The position numbers and the translations under genes were made by a program. From IMG/VR virus record IMGVR_UViG_3300008107_000020: 64,000 bases of DNA. One strand, 5' to 3'. The notes under the pieces were generated by a model. It was not told the origin of the DNA, did no database searches, and saw nothing but the letters and a program-made list of their open reading frames with translations. Shown here piece by piece: positions 28,925 to 42,500 of the stretch. How positions within the stretch are numbered: position 1 is the stretch's first letter; the number at the start of each line of letters is the position of its first letter. Origin of the DNA: a virus. Its lineage: Duplodnaviria; Caudoviricetes.

Positions 28925-30546
28925 GGATATTAGGGCTTTCAGCTGGATCACATTCTTGTGGTATAAGCTTAATAGAGAACGGTAAGATAATCTTTTCTTT
29001 AGAAGAAGAAAGGCATACAAGAATAAAAGTTTACAAAGATTTTTATGGCGGTTATTTTAGATACCCACAGTTATCAATGTATGAAGCGGTTAAAAGATTT
29101 AACCTAGATCCAAACTCAGTTGATTATATAACGAGTTATTACCCCAAACATGAGGTTAAAGTATTTTGGGAAAGCTTAGGGTTAGGTCTATTCCCTGAAC
29201 AGAAATTCATATTCATTGATCATCATGATTCACATGCTGGGACCGCTTATTATATGAGCGGTTTTGATGATGACACACTTGTTGTTACCATGGATGCCAG
29301 CGGTGGACAGTATAGTGCAAAATATTTCGTAGGTTCTAATGGTGATTTAGATTATATCGATGGTTTGGATTTAACAAGAAAATCTTTTGGTCATTATTAT
29401 GCCATGTTAACAGAATTTTTAGGTTTTAGAAGACTTAAAGATGAAGGTAAAGTTGTTGGTATGGCCGCACACGGTAGACATGATAGCCTATCATACCAAG
29501 CCTTTAATGAGTGTATTAAAATTGAGGGTATACACACCGATAAAGACCAATCAGACGTACTATTAGGTCAAATTTATGTTGATTTTTATACCAGATATTA
29601 TAAATCATTAGGTTCTAAAGTGTTTTTTGGGACAAAAGCTGACTTAGCATATACAGGGCAATTTGTTTTTGAGGAAAAAATATTACAAGTTTTTAATAAC
29701 TTACATAACATGTACCCAAACATTAAAAAAGTTGCTGTAGCTGGTGGAGTTTTTGCTAATGTAAAATTAAATAAACGCATCAATGAATTATATTGGGTTA
29801 ATGAAATGTTTGTCGCACCCCCAATGGGTGATGAAGGTTGTCCGCTTGGTTGTGCTTTATTGGTACATAAAATGTTTACACCAGGGTTCAAACCATTTAG
29901 ATTAGAAAACATGTTTATGGGTACGGAGTATACTGATACTGAAGTTGGTGAACATTTTTGGGACCAAAATAAATTTTCAAGGGAGATATTCACCCCAGAA
30001 TTGGCAGCAAAATACTTGGCTGAAGGTAAAATTATCGGTATGTTCAACGGAAGGTATGAGCACGGCCCAAGGGCTTTAGGTAATCGTAGTATTATTGGTG
30101 AGGTAACTAACCCAGATACATATGATAAAATTAATAACAAACTACAAAGAAATGATTTCATGCCATTTGCGCCAGCTGTAATGGAAGAACATGCTGATAC
30201 AATTTTTAATGTCACAAAATCAAGATATACAGCTGAGTTTATGACGATGTTATATGATACAAGACCTGAGTGGGCCAATAGAATACCAACAGTTGTTCAT
30301 CCTAAGGATAAAACGGCTAGGATACAAATAGTAACTAAAACAAGCAATCCAACATTCTATAAAGTTTTGGATGAATATAATAAAATAACTGGCGTACCTG
30401 TTCTTTTAAATACATCATTTAATGTACACGAAGAACCAATCGTATGTCACCCAAACGAAGCGTTTAATCATTTACAGAATGACGTTGTTGACTTATTAAT
30501 AATAAATAATTTTATCTACAAAAAATATGAAGGACATCTTAATTAA
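28921..30546 (+). CDS. O-carbamoyltransferase (NodU/CmcH/TobZ family)
   Basis: EEERHTRIK, HHDSHA, DEGKVVGMAAHG, AGGVFANVKLN, PPMGDEG, GPRALGNRS, FMPFAP, ARIQIV, LLNTSFNVHEEPIV. Confidence 0.93.
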   Translation: MRILGLSAGSHSCGISLIENGKIIFSLEEERHTRIKVYKDFYGGYFRYPQLSMYEAVKRFNLDPNSVDYITSYYPKHEVKVFWESLGLGLFPEQKFIFIDHHDSHAGTAYYMSGFDDDTLVVTMDASGGQYSAKYFVGSNGDLDYIDGLDLTRKSFGHYYAMLTEFLGFRRLKDEGKVVGMAAHGRHDSLSYQAFNECIKIEGIHTDKDQSDVLLGQIYVDFYTRYYKSLGSKVFFGTKADLAYTGQFVFEEKILQVFNNLHNMYPNIKKVAVAGGVFANVKLNKRINELYWVNEMFVAPPMGDEGCPLGCALLVHKMFTPGFKPFRLENMFMGTEYTDTEVGEHFWDQNKFSREIFTPELAAKYLAEGKIIGMFNGRYEHGPRALGNRSIIGEVTNPDTYDKINNKLQRNDFMPFAPAVMEEHADTIFNVTKSRYTAEFMTMLYDTRPEWANRIPTVVHPKDKTARIQIVTKTSNPTFYKVLDEYNKITGVPVLLNTSFNVHEEPIVCHPNEAFNHLQNDVVDLLIINNFIYKKYEGHLN

Positions 30547-31798
30547 CGAATACAATAATACTGAAATCTTAGCAAAAGATTACAAACAACCAGCAAACTC
30601 ATTTATAGTACATTTTGTAAATGGTGCTTTATGTGAAATTAAAGGACCGATATCAAAAAAATACAAGGTTGTTTTTTCTGATAATAAAACTGGGCACGTT
30701 CATCACGTATCTGAGATTACAAATAACATGTGGACTAAAAGTGCCATTGAATATTTTATCGAATGGAATATTAAAGTATATGAGTTAGAAACGGAAGAGT
30801 TAGTTTTTGAACACACATACGATTGTAAAGATAAAAGGGTTTACATCCATTTAGATAGCTCTGCTGTTGGTGATACAATGGCTTGGTTTCCGTATGCGGA
30901 TGAGTTCAGAAAAAAACACGGGTGTAAAGTTTTGTGCTCAACATTCCATAATGAATGGTTTGAGGGTATGTATCCAGAAATTGAATTTGTTAAACCTGGT
31001 ACACCTGTTATTGATTTATACGCAATGTATAAGATTGGTTGGTTTTACGATAATAAAGAAGTTGTTAAAACCAAAATCCCGATTGATTTTAAACAGCACC
31101 CTTTACAAGAAACTAGTTCATGTATTCTAGGGTTGGATTATGAAGAGGTTAAACCAAAGGTTTTTGTACCAGAAGAGCCTAGTAGAATTGAAGGTAAATA
31201 TGTTATTATTGCACCTCACGCATCTGCACACGCTAAATATTGGAATCATCCAGGCGGATGGCAAGGTGTTATTGATCACTTAAATGCTAGTGGTTATAAG
31301 GTTGTTATGATTACATCAGAAAAACTGGGTGATGCTTGGCATGATTCAAAACTTGGTGGTACATTAAGAAATGTTATTGATAAAACTGGTGGTCATATTG
31401 ATCTGGTTGACAGAATGATTGACATTAAACACGCATCGGCTTTTATTGGTTTAGGTAGTGGTTTAAGTTGGTTATCTTGGGCTATCGGAACACCTACAGT
31501 TCTTATCTCTGGATTTAGTTACCCTTTATCTGAGTTTGCTGACTGTGAAAGGATTTTTAACCCAAATGTTTGTAACGGATGTTTTAATAGACATTGGTTA
31601 AACCCAGGGGATTGGGAATGGTGCCCAGATCACAAAGATACACCAAGACACTTTGAATGTTCTAAAACTATTGAAACTCAAACTGTTATAGACGCTGTTA
31701 ATAGACTTTTAACCAAAAAAGAAGAGCCAGTTCAAGAGGTCATTGAAGAAAATTTAGAAAAAAAAGATAAAAAAAGTTTTTTTGGTAAGTTTTTTTAG
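30527..31798 (+). CDS. Aah/TibC-type autotransporter O-heptosyltransferase homolog (BAHT family; protein Ser O-glycosylation)
   Basis: N-terminal beta-barrel F.NGA..I.G; SSAVGDTMAWFPYADEFRKKH; FIGLGSGLSWLSWAIGTPTVLISGFS; iron-finger C-x2-C-x13-C-x11-C (CNGC...WCP...FEC). Confidence 0.88.
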   Translation: MKDILINEYNNTEILAKDYKQPANSFIVHFVNGALCEIKGPISKKYKVVFSDNKTGHVHHVSEITNNMWTKSAIEYFIEWNIKVYELETEELVFEHTYDCKDKRVYIHLDSSAVGDTMAWFPYADEFRKKHGCKVLCSTFHNEWFEGMYPEIEFVKPGTPVIDLYAMYKIGWFYDNKEVVKTKIPIDFKQHPLQETSSCILGLDYEEVKPKVFVPEEPSRIEGKYVIIAPHASAHAKYWNHPGGWQGVIDHLNASGYKVVMITSEKLGDAWHDSKLGGTLRNVIDKTGGHIDLVDRMIDIKHASAFIGLGSGLSWLSWAIGTPTVLISGFSYPLSEFADCERIFNPNVCNGCFNRHWLNPGDWEWCPDHKDTPRHFECSKTIETQTVIDAVNRLLTKKEEPVQEVIEENLEKKDKKSFFGKFF

Positions 31799-31834
31799 GT
31801 ATATTTGTTGCTATAACATATAATAGCAACAACT

Positions 31835-32410
31835 ATGTTTTATAAATATGACGAAAAACAACTCAAATTTGTTAAGAACAAATTGGGTATAAGGATAGCA
31901 TTAGGAACCACCATTTTATTGATGGTTGGTTCCTTTTTTATTGGTAGGTATACCAGCGGTACACTCACTAAATATGAAAAAGAGTATATTCATATTAATT
32001 GGGAAAAAGAACGTAACGCTATTAATAAAGAAAAACTAGCTAAAGAACTAAAAGAATCTGGTATTAAATTCCCACACATTATAATGGCCCAGGCTATTAT
32101 TGAATCTGGTAATTTTAAGAGCGAACTTTATAAATCAAATAATAATCTATTTGGTATGACAATACCTGGTTCAAGAAATACCACCAATATTGCTGTTGAT
32201 GGTAAATATGCTAAATATAACACATGGCAAAGGTGTGTGCTTGATATGGCTTATCTGCAACAATATAATTTAAAGGGTATTAGATTAGGTAATGATGAGG
32301 ATTACTTTATATATTTGAAAAATAGTAATTACGCTGAAGCTCCGAATTATATAGCCGCTTTAAAAAACGTAATAGATAAAGAAAATTTAAAATCTTATTT
32401 TAATGAGTAA
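31835..32410 (+). CDS. GH73 glucosaminidase-like peptidoglycan hydrolase with N-terminal membrane anchor
   Basis: TM segment IALGTTILLMVGSFFIG; MAQAIIESG, NNLFGM, YAKY, YAEAPNY. Confidence 0.75.
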   Translation: MFYKYDEKQLKFVKNKLGIRIALGTTILLMVGSFFIGRYTSGTLTKYEKEYIHINWEKERNAINKEKLAKELKESGIKFPHIIMAQAIIESGNFKSELYKSNNNLFGMTIPGSRNTTNIAVDGKYAKYNTWQRCVLDMAYLQQYNLKGIRLGNDEDYFIYLKNSNYAEAPNYIAALKNVIDKENLKSYFNE

Positions 32411-33236
32411 AGAAAAATTAAAAGATATTCTTTCAACACCAACTTATTGTGGGCAAGAACAATATCTTATAGCAAAAATAACCAAATATCTTAGTGAAAG
32501 TAATCTGGATTATGTTATTGATGAACACGGTAATATCTTCGTAACAAAGGGTATTGCCGAACATTATCCATGTGTTGTTGCACACACTGATTCTGTGCAT
32601 AGAATTGTTGATATGGATATCTTACATCACCCAGATGAAGAAGACATTATATATGCGGTTGAAAAAGGCACAAATAAGCCCACTGGCTGCGGTGGGGATA
32701 ATAAAGCGGGTGTTTATGTATGTTTGGAGTTACTTGAGCGTGTAGAGGTCTTAAAAGCGGCTTTTTTCGTATCTGAGGAATATGGTTGTTTCGGGTCAAC
32801 ACTAGCAGATGAAGTTTTTTTTCAGGATGTTGGTTATGCTTTACAATTTGATGCACCTGAAAACGATTGGGTTACACACTATTGTAATGGTGTTAAGTTA
32901 TTTGACGAAAATGGTGATTTTTATAAAACAATAAAGCCAATATTGGAAGATTACATGGGTGATTATTCTTTAGGTAGACACCCATATACTGATGTTAGTA
33001 TTCTTGGTGCGTTTTATGATTTTTCATGCATCAACTATTCAGTAGGTTATTATAACATGCATTCAAAGATGGAGTATGTTAGTATTAGTTTTGCACAACA
33101 AGCCAGAAATATCGCTTTAGAGATCATTACATCCCTGGGTAATATAAAGTACACATTTGTTGATGAAAACGTCAGAATTGATAAGGAAAAGGCTAAAGAA
33201 AGGGCTTTAAAATCACTTAACGGTTTAAGGAAATAA
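32403..33236 (+). CDS. Zn-metallopeptidase (M20/M28/M42 clan MH)
   Basis: VAHTDSVH, GGDNKAG, SEEYGCFGS, QFDAP, GYYNMHS. Confidence 0.82.
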   Translation: MSKEKLKDILSTPTYCGQEQYLIAKITKYLSESNLDYVIDEHGNIFVTKGIAEHYPCVVAHTDSVHRIVDMDILHHPDEEDIIYAVEKGTNKPTGCGGDNKAGVYVCLELLERVEVLKAAFFVSEEYGCFGSTLADEVFFQDVGYALQFDAPENDWVTHYCNGVKLFDENGDFYKTIKPILEDYMGDYSLGRHPYTDVSILGAFYDFSCINYSVGYYNMHSKMEYVSISFAQQARNIALEIITSLGNIKYTFVDENVRIDKEKAKERALKSLNGLRK

Positions 33237-33262
33237 AAAAAGGGGCGCTAGGCCCCTTTCTT
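33236..33262. terminator. Bidirectional terminator between the peptidase and fibre genes
   Basis: AAAGGGGC-gctag-GCCCCTTT with A/T flanks. Confidence 0.8.
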
Positions 33263-33268
33263 ATTTTA

Positions 33269-33541
33269 TTATTTCTTTAAATCTTGGATCTCTTTATCAA
33301 GATCTTTTATCGCCTCGATAAGTAAACCAACCAAGTTTGAGTAAGCTACCGCTAAGTGTCCATCGGATTCCCTTGTCGAGATAACTTCTGGGACAACTTT
33401 TTGAACTTCCTGTGCAATAACACCCATTTTCAAAGATTTATCTTCAATATCATTTCTTGTATAGTTAACACCTCTCATATTTCTTACTTTATTTAAGGCA
33501 TCACTAATTGTAACAACATTGTCCTTAACTCTTTGATCTGA
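33269..33541 (-). other. Peptidase S74 intramolecular chaperone domain (C-terminus of the fibre)
   Basis: Y|SDQRVKDNV...ALNKVRNMRGVNY...MGVIAQEVQKVVPEVI...VAYSNLVGLLIEAIKDL plus terminal coiled coil. Confidence 0.92.
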
Positions 33542-36500
33542 GTATGCAATAACATCAGCAGATGCGTAGATAGTACCAGTAACATCTAATGTATATGCTG
33601 GAGTAGCGTTGTTAATACCTAATCTTGTATTAGCTATATCCGCTTTCAAGAAGCTAACGCTTTGTACTTGTGTTGTACTCACAGTTCTAACTAAGTAGTC
33701 AGGTTGGTTTGTGAATGAACCACCGCTGATACCTGATGTACCGCTAATTGATTGTCCACTTGTTCCAGCAACACCTGATGTACCGTTTGAACCATTAATA
33801 CCTGAAGTACCACCAGCTCCATTTGCACCTGAGTTACCAGCAGCTCCAGCGGTACCATTTGTACCATTTGCACCAGATGTACCATTTGTACCAGATGTAC
33901 CTGAAGAAGCTGACAATCTACCAGTACCAGCCGTACCGCCAGCACCTGAAGTACCAGATGTACCTGAAGTACCAGAAGATCCGTTAGCACCCGAAGTACC
34001 GTTAGCACCAACACCTGATGTACCAGCACCTGATGTACCTGAAGTACCAGCTGTTGCTGAAGTACCAGAAGAACCAGCTGTACGAGAAAGACCCGATACA
34101 CCACCAGTACCAGTTGTACCACCTGTTGCAGAAGAACCTGATAAACCACTAATACCTGAGTTACCGTTGTTACCAGACGTACCGTTTGTACCAGTTGATC
34201 CTGAAGAACCAGAAGTACGAGATAAACCACTAGCCCCAGCGTTACCATTATTACCAACAGTACCGTTTGTACCAGTTGATCCTGAACTACCTGATGTACC
34301 ACTTGCCTGTGTTACGCCAAAACCTGCGCTTAATGCATTAGCACCCACAGTACCATTTGTACCGCTTGATCCTGAAGAACCAGAAGAGCCAGAGTTTGCA
34401 GAAGCACCAATGTTACCAGCATTACCTGAAGTACCATTTGTACCAGTTGATCCAGATGAGCCACTTAATGCTGACGCACCTATGTTACCCGCAGCACCGT
34501 TTGTACCATTAGACCCTGAAGAACCAGATGAACCAGAGGCTCCTGAGTTAGCAACTAAACCTATTGTACCGCTTGTACCTGAAGAACCACTTGATCCTGA
34601 AGCACCTGATATTCTATCATTACCACTTGTACCCTGAGTACCAGTTGATCCAGAAGATCCAGATGAACCAGAGTTTGCCGATAATCCGTTAGCACCAGCA
34701 TTACCTGAGGTACCGTTTGTACCTGTAGATCCAGACGAACCACTCAATGCTGATGCACCAATGTTACCCGCAGCACCATTTGTACCATTTGTTCCCGAAG
34801 AACCAGATGTACCTGAAAGTGTACTTGTACCAGAAGGAACAACCAAACCATTTGTACCAGCCGTACCTGTAGATCCAGATGAACCACTATTACCTGAGTT
34901 ACCGTTAGCGCCATTGTTACCGTTAGTACCGTTTGTACCATTTGAACCCGATAAACCACTATTACCTGAGTTACCGTTAGCGCCATTGTTACCGTTAGTA
35001 CCAGTAGAACCATTTGTACCACTTAAGCCAGAGTTACCGCTGTTACCATTCACACCGATAGTACCATTTGTTCCTGAAGAACCACTTGATCCAGAAGAAC
35101 CAGATAATCTTGATAAACCTGAAACACCATCTGTACCTGAAGTACCAGTTGATCCAGCTGAACCTGAAGAACCTGAGCTTCTGCTTAAACCCGATTGACC
35201 ATCTGTACCTGAGGTACCTGATGTTCCAGCTGTTGCAGAAGAACCAGCTAATCTACTTAAACCTGATGTACCAACCGTACCGTTTGTTCCTGAAGAACCA
35301 CTTGATCCAGACGAACCTGAAGCACCTGAGTTAGCCATTAAACCGACTGTACCGTTTGTACCGTTTGAACCACTTGAACCAGATGCACCACTTACAGCGT
35401 TGTTACCATTGTTACCTGAGGTACCGTTTGTACCTGTAGATCCAGACGAACCACTCAATGCTGATGCACCATTACCACCGTTTATACCGTTTGTACCAGT
35501 TGACCCTGAAGAACCGCTAGAGCCAGAGTTAGCACTCAATCCGTTGTTACCCGCAGCACCATTTGTACCAAACGTACCTGATGATCCTGAAGAACCTGAA
35601 AGTGTACTTGTGCCAGAAGGAACGGCTAAACCATTTGTACCAGCCGTACCTGTAGATCCAGATGAACCAGAAGATGCTGAAGAACCACTTAATTGTGATA
35701 AACCTGAGTTACCAGTTGTACCTGAAGTACCAGTTGAACCACTGGTACCTGAAGAACCAGAGTTTCTTGATAACCCTGACGCACCATCAGTACCCGCAGT
35801 ACCAGTTGTACCAGAAGAACCTGAAGTTGCAGAAGAACCAGCTAATCTACTTAAACCTGATGTACCATTTGTACCATTTGTTCCTGAAGAACCAGATGAC
35901 CCTGAGGAACCAGAAGCACCTGAGTTAGCCATTAAACCAACAGTACCGTTTGTACCATTAGATCCTGAAGAGCCTGAAGCGCCACTTACCGCATTGTTAC
36001 CATTATTACCGTTAGTACCGTTTGTACCTGTAGATCCAGACGAACCTGAGTTTGCAGAGGCACCACTATTACCAGCAGCTCCAGCAGTACCATTTGTACC
36101 AGTTGTTCCTGAAGAACCTGAAGAACCCGACAATTGTGATAAACCACTATTACCAGCAACACCCGCAGTACCAGTTGTACCAGAAGTTCCTGAAGAACCA
36201 CTTATCGCAGAAAAAGTACTTTGACCTGAAGTTGCGTTAAGACCGTTTGTACCAGACGTACCTGATGAACCAGCTGTTGCTGAAGAACCAGACAACCTAC
36301 TTAAACCAGAAACACCATCTGTACCTGAAGTACCTGTTGAACCAGCTGATCCAGAAGAACCTGATGTATCACTTGCAGCGGATATACCATCTGTACCTGA
36401 AGTACCTGATGTACCAGCTGTTGCTGAAGAACCAGACAATCTTGATAAACCTGATGTACCAACTGTACCATTTGTTCCTGAAGAACCAGATGAAGCAGAT

Positions 36501-39500
36501 GAGCCACTTAATGCGCTTAAACCGTTATTACCAGCATTACCTGAAGTACCATTTGTACCAGTTGATCCAGATGAACCACTTAATGCTGACGCACCTATGT
36601 TACCTGCCACACCATTTGTACCATTTGAACCTGAGGTTGCAGATGAACCACTTAATTGTGATAAACCTGAAGCGCCAGCTGTACCTGAAGTACCAGTTGT
36701 ACCTGATGTCGCTGATGAACCGCTATTTAAGCTTAATCCTGAAGCACCCGCAGTACCATTTGTTCCTGAAGAACCTGAAGTTGCTGAAGAACCAGAACTA
36801 CCACTTAAACCACTATTACCTGAATTACCCGCAGTACCATTTGTACCTGTTGATCCTGAAGAACCTGAGGTCCCTGAAGATCTACTCAATGCCGATGCAC
36901 CGTCTGTACCAGCGGTACCAGTTGTTCCAGAAGTACCTGAAGTACCAGCAGAGCCAGATAATCTTGACAATCCTGATGTACCAACTGTACCGTTTGTTCC
37001 TGAAGAACCTGAAGAAGCGCTTGATCCGCTTAATTGAGACAATCCTGAATTACCAGCTGTTCCGTTTGATCCGCTCGTACCTGAAGTTGCGGATGAACCA
37101 GATGAACCTGCGCTACCACTTAATTGTGATAAACCGTTTGTACCCGCAGTACCTGTTGATCCAGAAGATGCTGAAGAACCAGCTGTTGCACTCAATCCTG
37201 AGTTACCAGCCGCACCTGAAGTACCGTTTGAACCTGTACTACCTGAGCTACCAGATGTACCAGAAGATCTACTCAAACCAGATTGGCCATTAGTACCTGA
37301 AGTACCAGTTGAACCAGCTGAACCTGAGCTACCACTTAATTGTGATAGACCATTTGTACCTGCTGTACCTGAAGTAGCTGAAGTACCAGCTGATCCTGAA
37401 GAACCGCTATTTGCACTAGCACCATTTGTACCGTTTGTACCAGTTGATCCACTTGATCCAGATGTTCCACTTGATTTACTTAATGATGATTGACCATCTG
37501 TTCCATTTGTTCCAGAAGAACCACTTGTTCCTGAAGAACCTGAAGATCTACTTAAACCTGATTGAAGTACCAGCTGTTCCGCTTGTTGCAGAAGAAGCCG
37601 AAGTTCCAGAGGATGCTGAAGCACCTGATACACCCGCAGTACCGTCAGTACCTTTAGAACCACTAGAACCAGAAGTTCCTGAAGTTCCTGAAGTTACACT
37701 TAAACCACTATTTGCAGCTAAACCTGAAGTACCAACCGTACCTGAAGTTGCTGAAGACCCTGAAGTTCCAGCTGAGCCACTATTATTACTTGAACCAATT
37801 GTACCAGCAGTACCAGTTGAACCTGAAGAACCTGAAGTTCCAGAACTTCTACTTAATGCTGAAGCACCATCTGTACCATTTGTTCCTGAAGACCCAGACG
37901 TTCCTGAAGATCCTGAAGATCTACTTAAACCTGAAGTACCATTTGTACCACTTGAACCAGAAGAAGCAGAAGATCCACTTAATTGTGACAACCCTGAAGC
38001 ACCTGCTGTACCGCTTGAACCAGAAGTACCTGAAGTTGCTGAAGAACCACTAGAACCAGACAATCTTGATAAACCTGATGTACCAACTGTTCCTGAGGTG
38101 GCTGAAGAACCAGCAGACCCTGAAGAACCACTGTTTGCTGATTGACCACTCGTACCGTTTGTACCAGTTGATCCTGAAGAACCAGAAGTTGCTGAAGAAC
38201 CCGAGTTGGCACTCAATCCTGAAGTAGCCGCTGAACCTGAACTACCTGAAGTTCCTGAAGTCGCAGATGTACCCGCAGAACCACTTGAACCTGATAATTG
38301 AGATAAACCATTTGTACCAGCTGTACCTGTAGTACCAGAAGATGCACTTGTACCTGATGAACCCGCATTTGCAGATGCACCATTTGTACCATTTGTACCT
38401 GTAGACCCACTAGAACCTGAAGTTCCAGCTGAGCCACTATTATTTGAAGAACCTGAGGTTCCAGCTGTACCTGAAGTTGCTGAAGAACCACTAGAACCTG
38501 ATGAACCCGCATTTGCAGAAGCACCATTTGTACCATTTGTTCCAGTTGTACCACTTGTTGCCGAAGAACCTGAGGTTGAACTTAAACCACTATTACCAGC
38601 ATTACCTGAAGTACCATTTGTACCCGTAGACCCAGACGAACCTGAAGTTCCTGAAGAACCTGAGCTTCTACTTAAACCTGATTGACCATCTGTACCTGAA
38701 GTACCAGTTGAACCAGCTGATCCCGATGTACCTGAAGTATCACTTGTAGCAGACACACCATCCGTACCTGAAGTACCAGACGTTCCAGCTGTTGCTGAAG
38801 AACCAGACAGTCTTGATAAACCGTTTGTACCAGCGGTACCAGTTGTTCCAGAAGAACCACTTGATGCGCTTGATCCACTTAATTGTGATAAACCAGAAAG
38901 ACCCGCAGTACCATTTGTACCAGTAGATCCTGAAGATGCTGAAGTACCGCTTGAACCACTATTTGCCGATTGACCACTTGTACCAGCGCTACCTGAAGAT
39001 GCTGATGATCCTGAAGAACCAGATGTTCCAGAAGTTGCACTTGATCCAGCACTACCTGAAGATCCGCTTAATTGAGACAATCCTGAGGTTCCAACCGTTC
39101 CAGAAGTTGCTGAAGAACCTGATGTAGCGGAGCTACCACTATTCGCACTCGCACCATTAGTACCATTTGTACCCGTAGAACCTGAAGAACCTGATGTTCC
39201 ACTTGATCTACTTAATGATGATTGACCATCTGTTCCAGAAGTTCCTGTAGAACCTGAAGAACCACTTGTTCCAGAAGTATCACTTGTAGCAGACACACCA
39301 TCTGTACCTGAAGTACCTGATGTACCAGCTGTTGCTGAAGAACCACTTAATCTACCCAATCCTGAAGTACCAGCGGTACCACTTGTAGCAGATGAACCAG
39401 AAGTTGCTGAAGAACCACTATTTGCACTCGCACCCGAAGTTCCATTAGAACCAGTTGAACCTGATGTTCCAGAAGTTGCTGAAGAACCAGCAGAACCACT

Positions 39501-42500
39501 TAAACCTGAGGATCCAGCTGTTCCTGAAGTTGCACTAGACCCTGAAGAACCTGAACTACCAGATGAACTACTTAAAGCTGAAGAACCAACTGTACCAGTA
39601 GTACCTGATGTACCACTTGATGCGGATGTTCCTGAAGAACCACTATTTGCAGCTAAACCTGAAGTACCATTTGTACCAGTTGATCCGCTTGATCCTGAAG
39701 AACCTGATGTTCCCGAAGATTTACTTAATGCAGAAGCACCGTCTGTACCAGCTGAACCACTTGATCCTGAAGAACCAGAAGTTCCTGAAGTTGCTGATGT
39801 TCCCGCTGAACCTGAGCTACCGCTTAACTGAGATAATCCAGATGTACCGACCGTACCTGAGGTCGCTGAAGAACCACTTGTAGCTGAACTACCTGAGTTA
39901 GCTGAAGCACCATTTGTACCGTTTGAACCAGTCGATCCAGATGAACCTGATGTTCCAGAACTTCTGCTTAAACCAGACTGGCCATCCGTACCTGAAGTAC
40001 CAGTTGAACCACTTGATCCAGATGTACCTGAAGTATCACTTAAAGCAGATTGACCATCCGTACCTGAAGTACCTGATGTACCAGCCGTTGCTGAAGAACC
40101 TGATAATCTACTTAAACCTGAGGTTCCAACCGTACCTGAAGTAGCTGAAGAACCTGAAGTAGCTGAGCTACCACTATTCGCTGATTGGCCACTTGTACCA
40201 GCAGAACCAGAAGACCCACTTGTACCAGATGTTGCTGAAGAGCCAGCTGAACCCGCACTACCACTTAATTGTGATAAACCACTTGTACCAGCTGTACCTG
40301 AAGTTGCTGAACTACCAGAAGTAGCTGAAGAACCTGAGTTTGCTGATGCACCGTTTGTACCGTTTGTACCAGTTGAACCTGAAGAACCTGAAGTTCCAGA
40401 ACTTCTACTTAATGCTGAAGCACCATCTGTACCAGAAGAACCTGAACTACCAGAAGAACCTGAAGTTCCACTTGTAGCCGAAGTACCCGCACTACCTGAA
40501 GATCCAGATAATTGAGATAAACCGTTTGTACCAGCGGTTCCTGAAGTAGCGGAGCTACCTGATGTTGCTGAAGAACCACTATTTGCGCTTAAACCAGATG
40601 TACCGTTTGTTCCTGTACTACCTGAAGATGCTGATGTACCAGCCGATCCTGAAGACGCTGATAAACCAGATGACCCTGAAGTTCCTGAGGTTGCAGAAGA
40701 ACCTGCACTACCAGCTGAACCGCTTAACGCTGAACTACCTGATGTTCCAGAAGTTGCTGAAGAACCCGAACTACCAGCAGAACCCGAAAGTTGACTTAAA
40801 CCTGATGTACCAGCTGTTCCTGATGTAGCTGAAGTCCCAGCAGAACCTGAGCTACCACTATTTGCACTTGCACCATTTGTACCGTTTGTACCTGTAGACC
40901 CACTAGAACCTGATGTACCCGAAGATCTACTCAAAGCAGACGCACCGTCCGTACCATTTGTTCCAGAAGAACCTGATGTACCCGATGAACCTGAAGATCT
41001 ACTTAAACCCGATGTACCGTTTGTTCCTGAAGAACCGCTTGATGCACTCGATCCGCTTAATTGTGATAAACCTGAGTTACCAGCGGTACCTGAAGTACCA
41101 GTTGTACCTGAGCTAGCTGAAGAACCAGCAGACCCTGAAGAACCGCTTAATTGTGACAAACCTGATGTACCTGCGGTACCGCTTGTTGCGGAACTACCAG
41201 AAGTTGCTGAAGAACCTGAATTTGCGGATGCACCATTTGTACCGTTTGTACCTGTAGACCCACTAGAACCTGATGTACCCGAAGATCTACTCAATGCCGA
41301 TGCCCCATCAGTACCTGCTGATCCTGAACTACCTGAACTACCTGAAGTTCCAGAAGTTGCTGAAGTTCCAGCCGATCCTGAAGAACCTGATAATTGAGAT
41401 AAACCATTTGTACCAGCTGTACCTGAAGTTGCAGAAGAACCACTTGATCCTGAAGATCCAGAGTTTGCAGAAGCACCAACAGTACCGCTTGTACCACTTG
41501 ATCCTGAAGAACCTGAAGTTCCAGCAGAACCACTATTATTTGAAGAACCTGAAGTTCCAGTTGTACCAGTTGTACCTGAAGAAGCGCTTGTACCAGATGA
41601 ACCAGAGTTAGCTGAAGCACCATTTGTACCGCTTGTACCAGTTGTACCGCTTGTTGCAGAAGAACCTGAAGTTGCGCTTAAACCACTATTACCTGCATTA
41701 CCTGAAGTACCGTTTGTACCAGTTGATCCGCTTGATCCTGAAGAACCAGAAGTTCCTGAAGATTTACTTAATGCAGAAGCACCGTCTGTACCAGCTGAAC
41801 CTGAAGATCCACTTGATCCAGATGTACCTGAAGTAGCTGAAGTTCCAGCAGAACCCGATGAACCACTCAATTGAGACAAACCAGAAGTACCAGCTGTGCC
41901 TGAGGTTGCGGATGAACCAGAAGTTGCTGAAGACCCTGAATTTGCGGATGCACCATTTGTACCAGCTGATCCTGAAGATCCACTTGAACCTGATGTACCA
42001 CTTGATTTACTTAATGCCGATTGACCATCTGTACCTGATGTACCAGTTGAACCGCTTGAACCAGACGTTCCTGAAGTATCTGATGTAGCTGATTGTCCAT
42101 CCGTACCTGAAGTACCAGACGTTCCAGCTGTTGCTGAAGAACCAGACAATCTTGATAAACCTGATGTACCAACTGTTCCTGAAGTTGCAGATGAACCTGA
42201 AGTTGCTGAAGAACCACTATTTGCTGATTGACCACTTGTACCAGCAGAACCTGAAGATCCTGAAGATCCTGATGTACCACTAGTTGCTGAAGAACCAGCG
42301 GATCCAGCACTACCGCTTAATTGTGATAAACCACTTGTACCAGCTGTACCTGAAGTAGCGGAAGAACCTGATGTTGCTGAACTACCAGAGTTTGCAGAAG
42401 CACCATTTGTACCCGCAGTTCCAGTTGATCCTGATGAACCAGAGGTACCACTTGATTTACTTAAAGCGGATGCTCCATCAGTACCAGCCGATCCTGAAGA

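Noticed and set aside
37548-37550. TAG read-through or alternative genetic code (as in some jumbo phages) to rescue the fibre
   Set aside because: The downstream part is in a different frame, so read-through cannot join them, and all other genes are intact under code 11.
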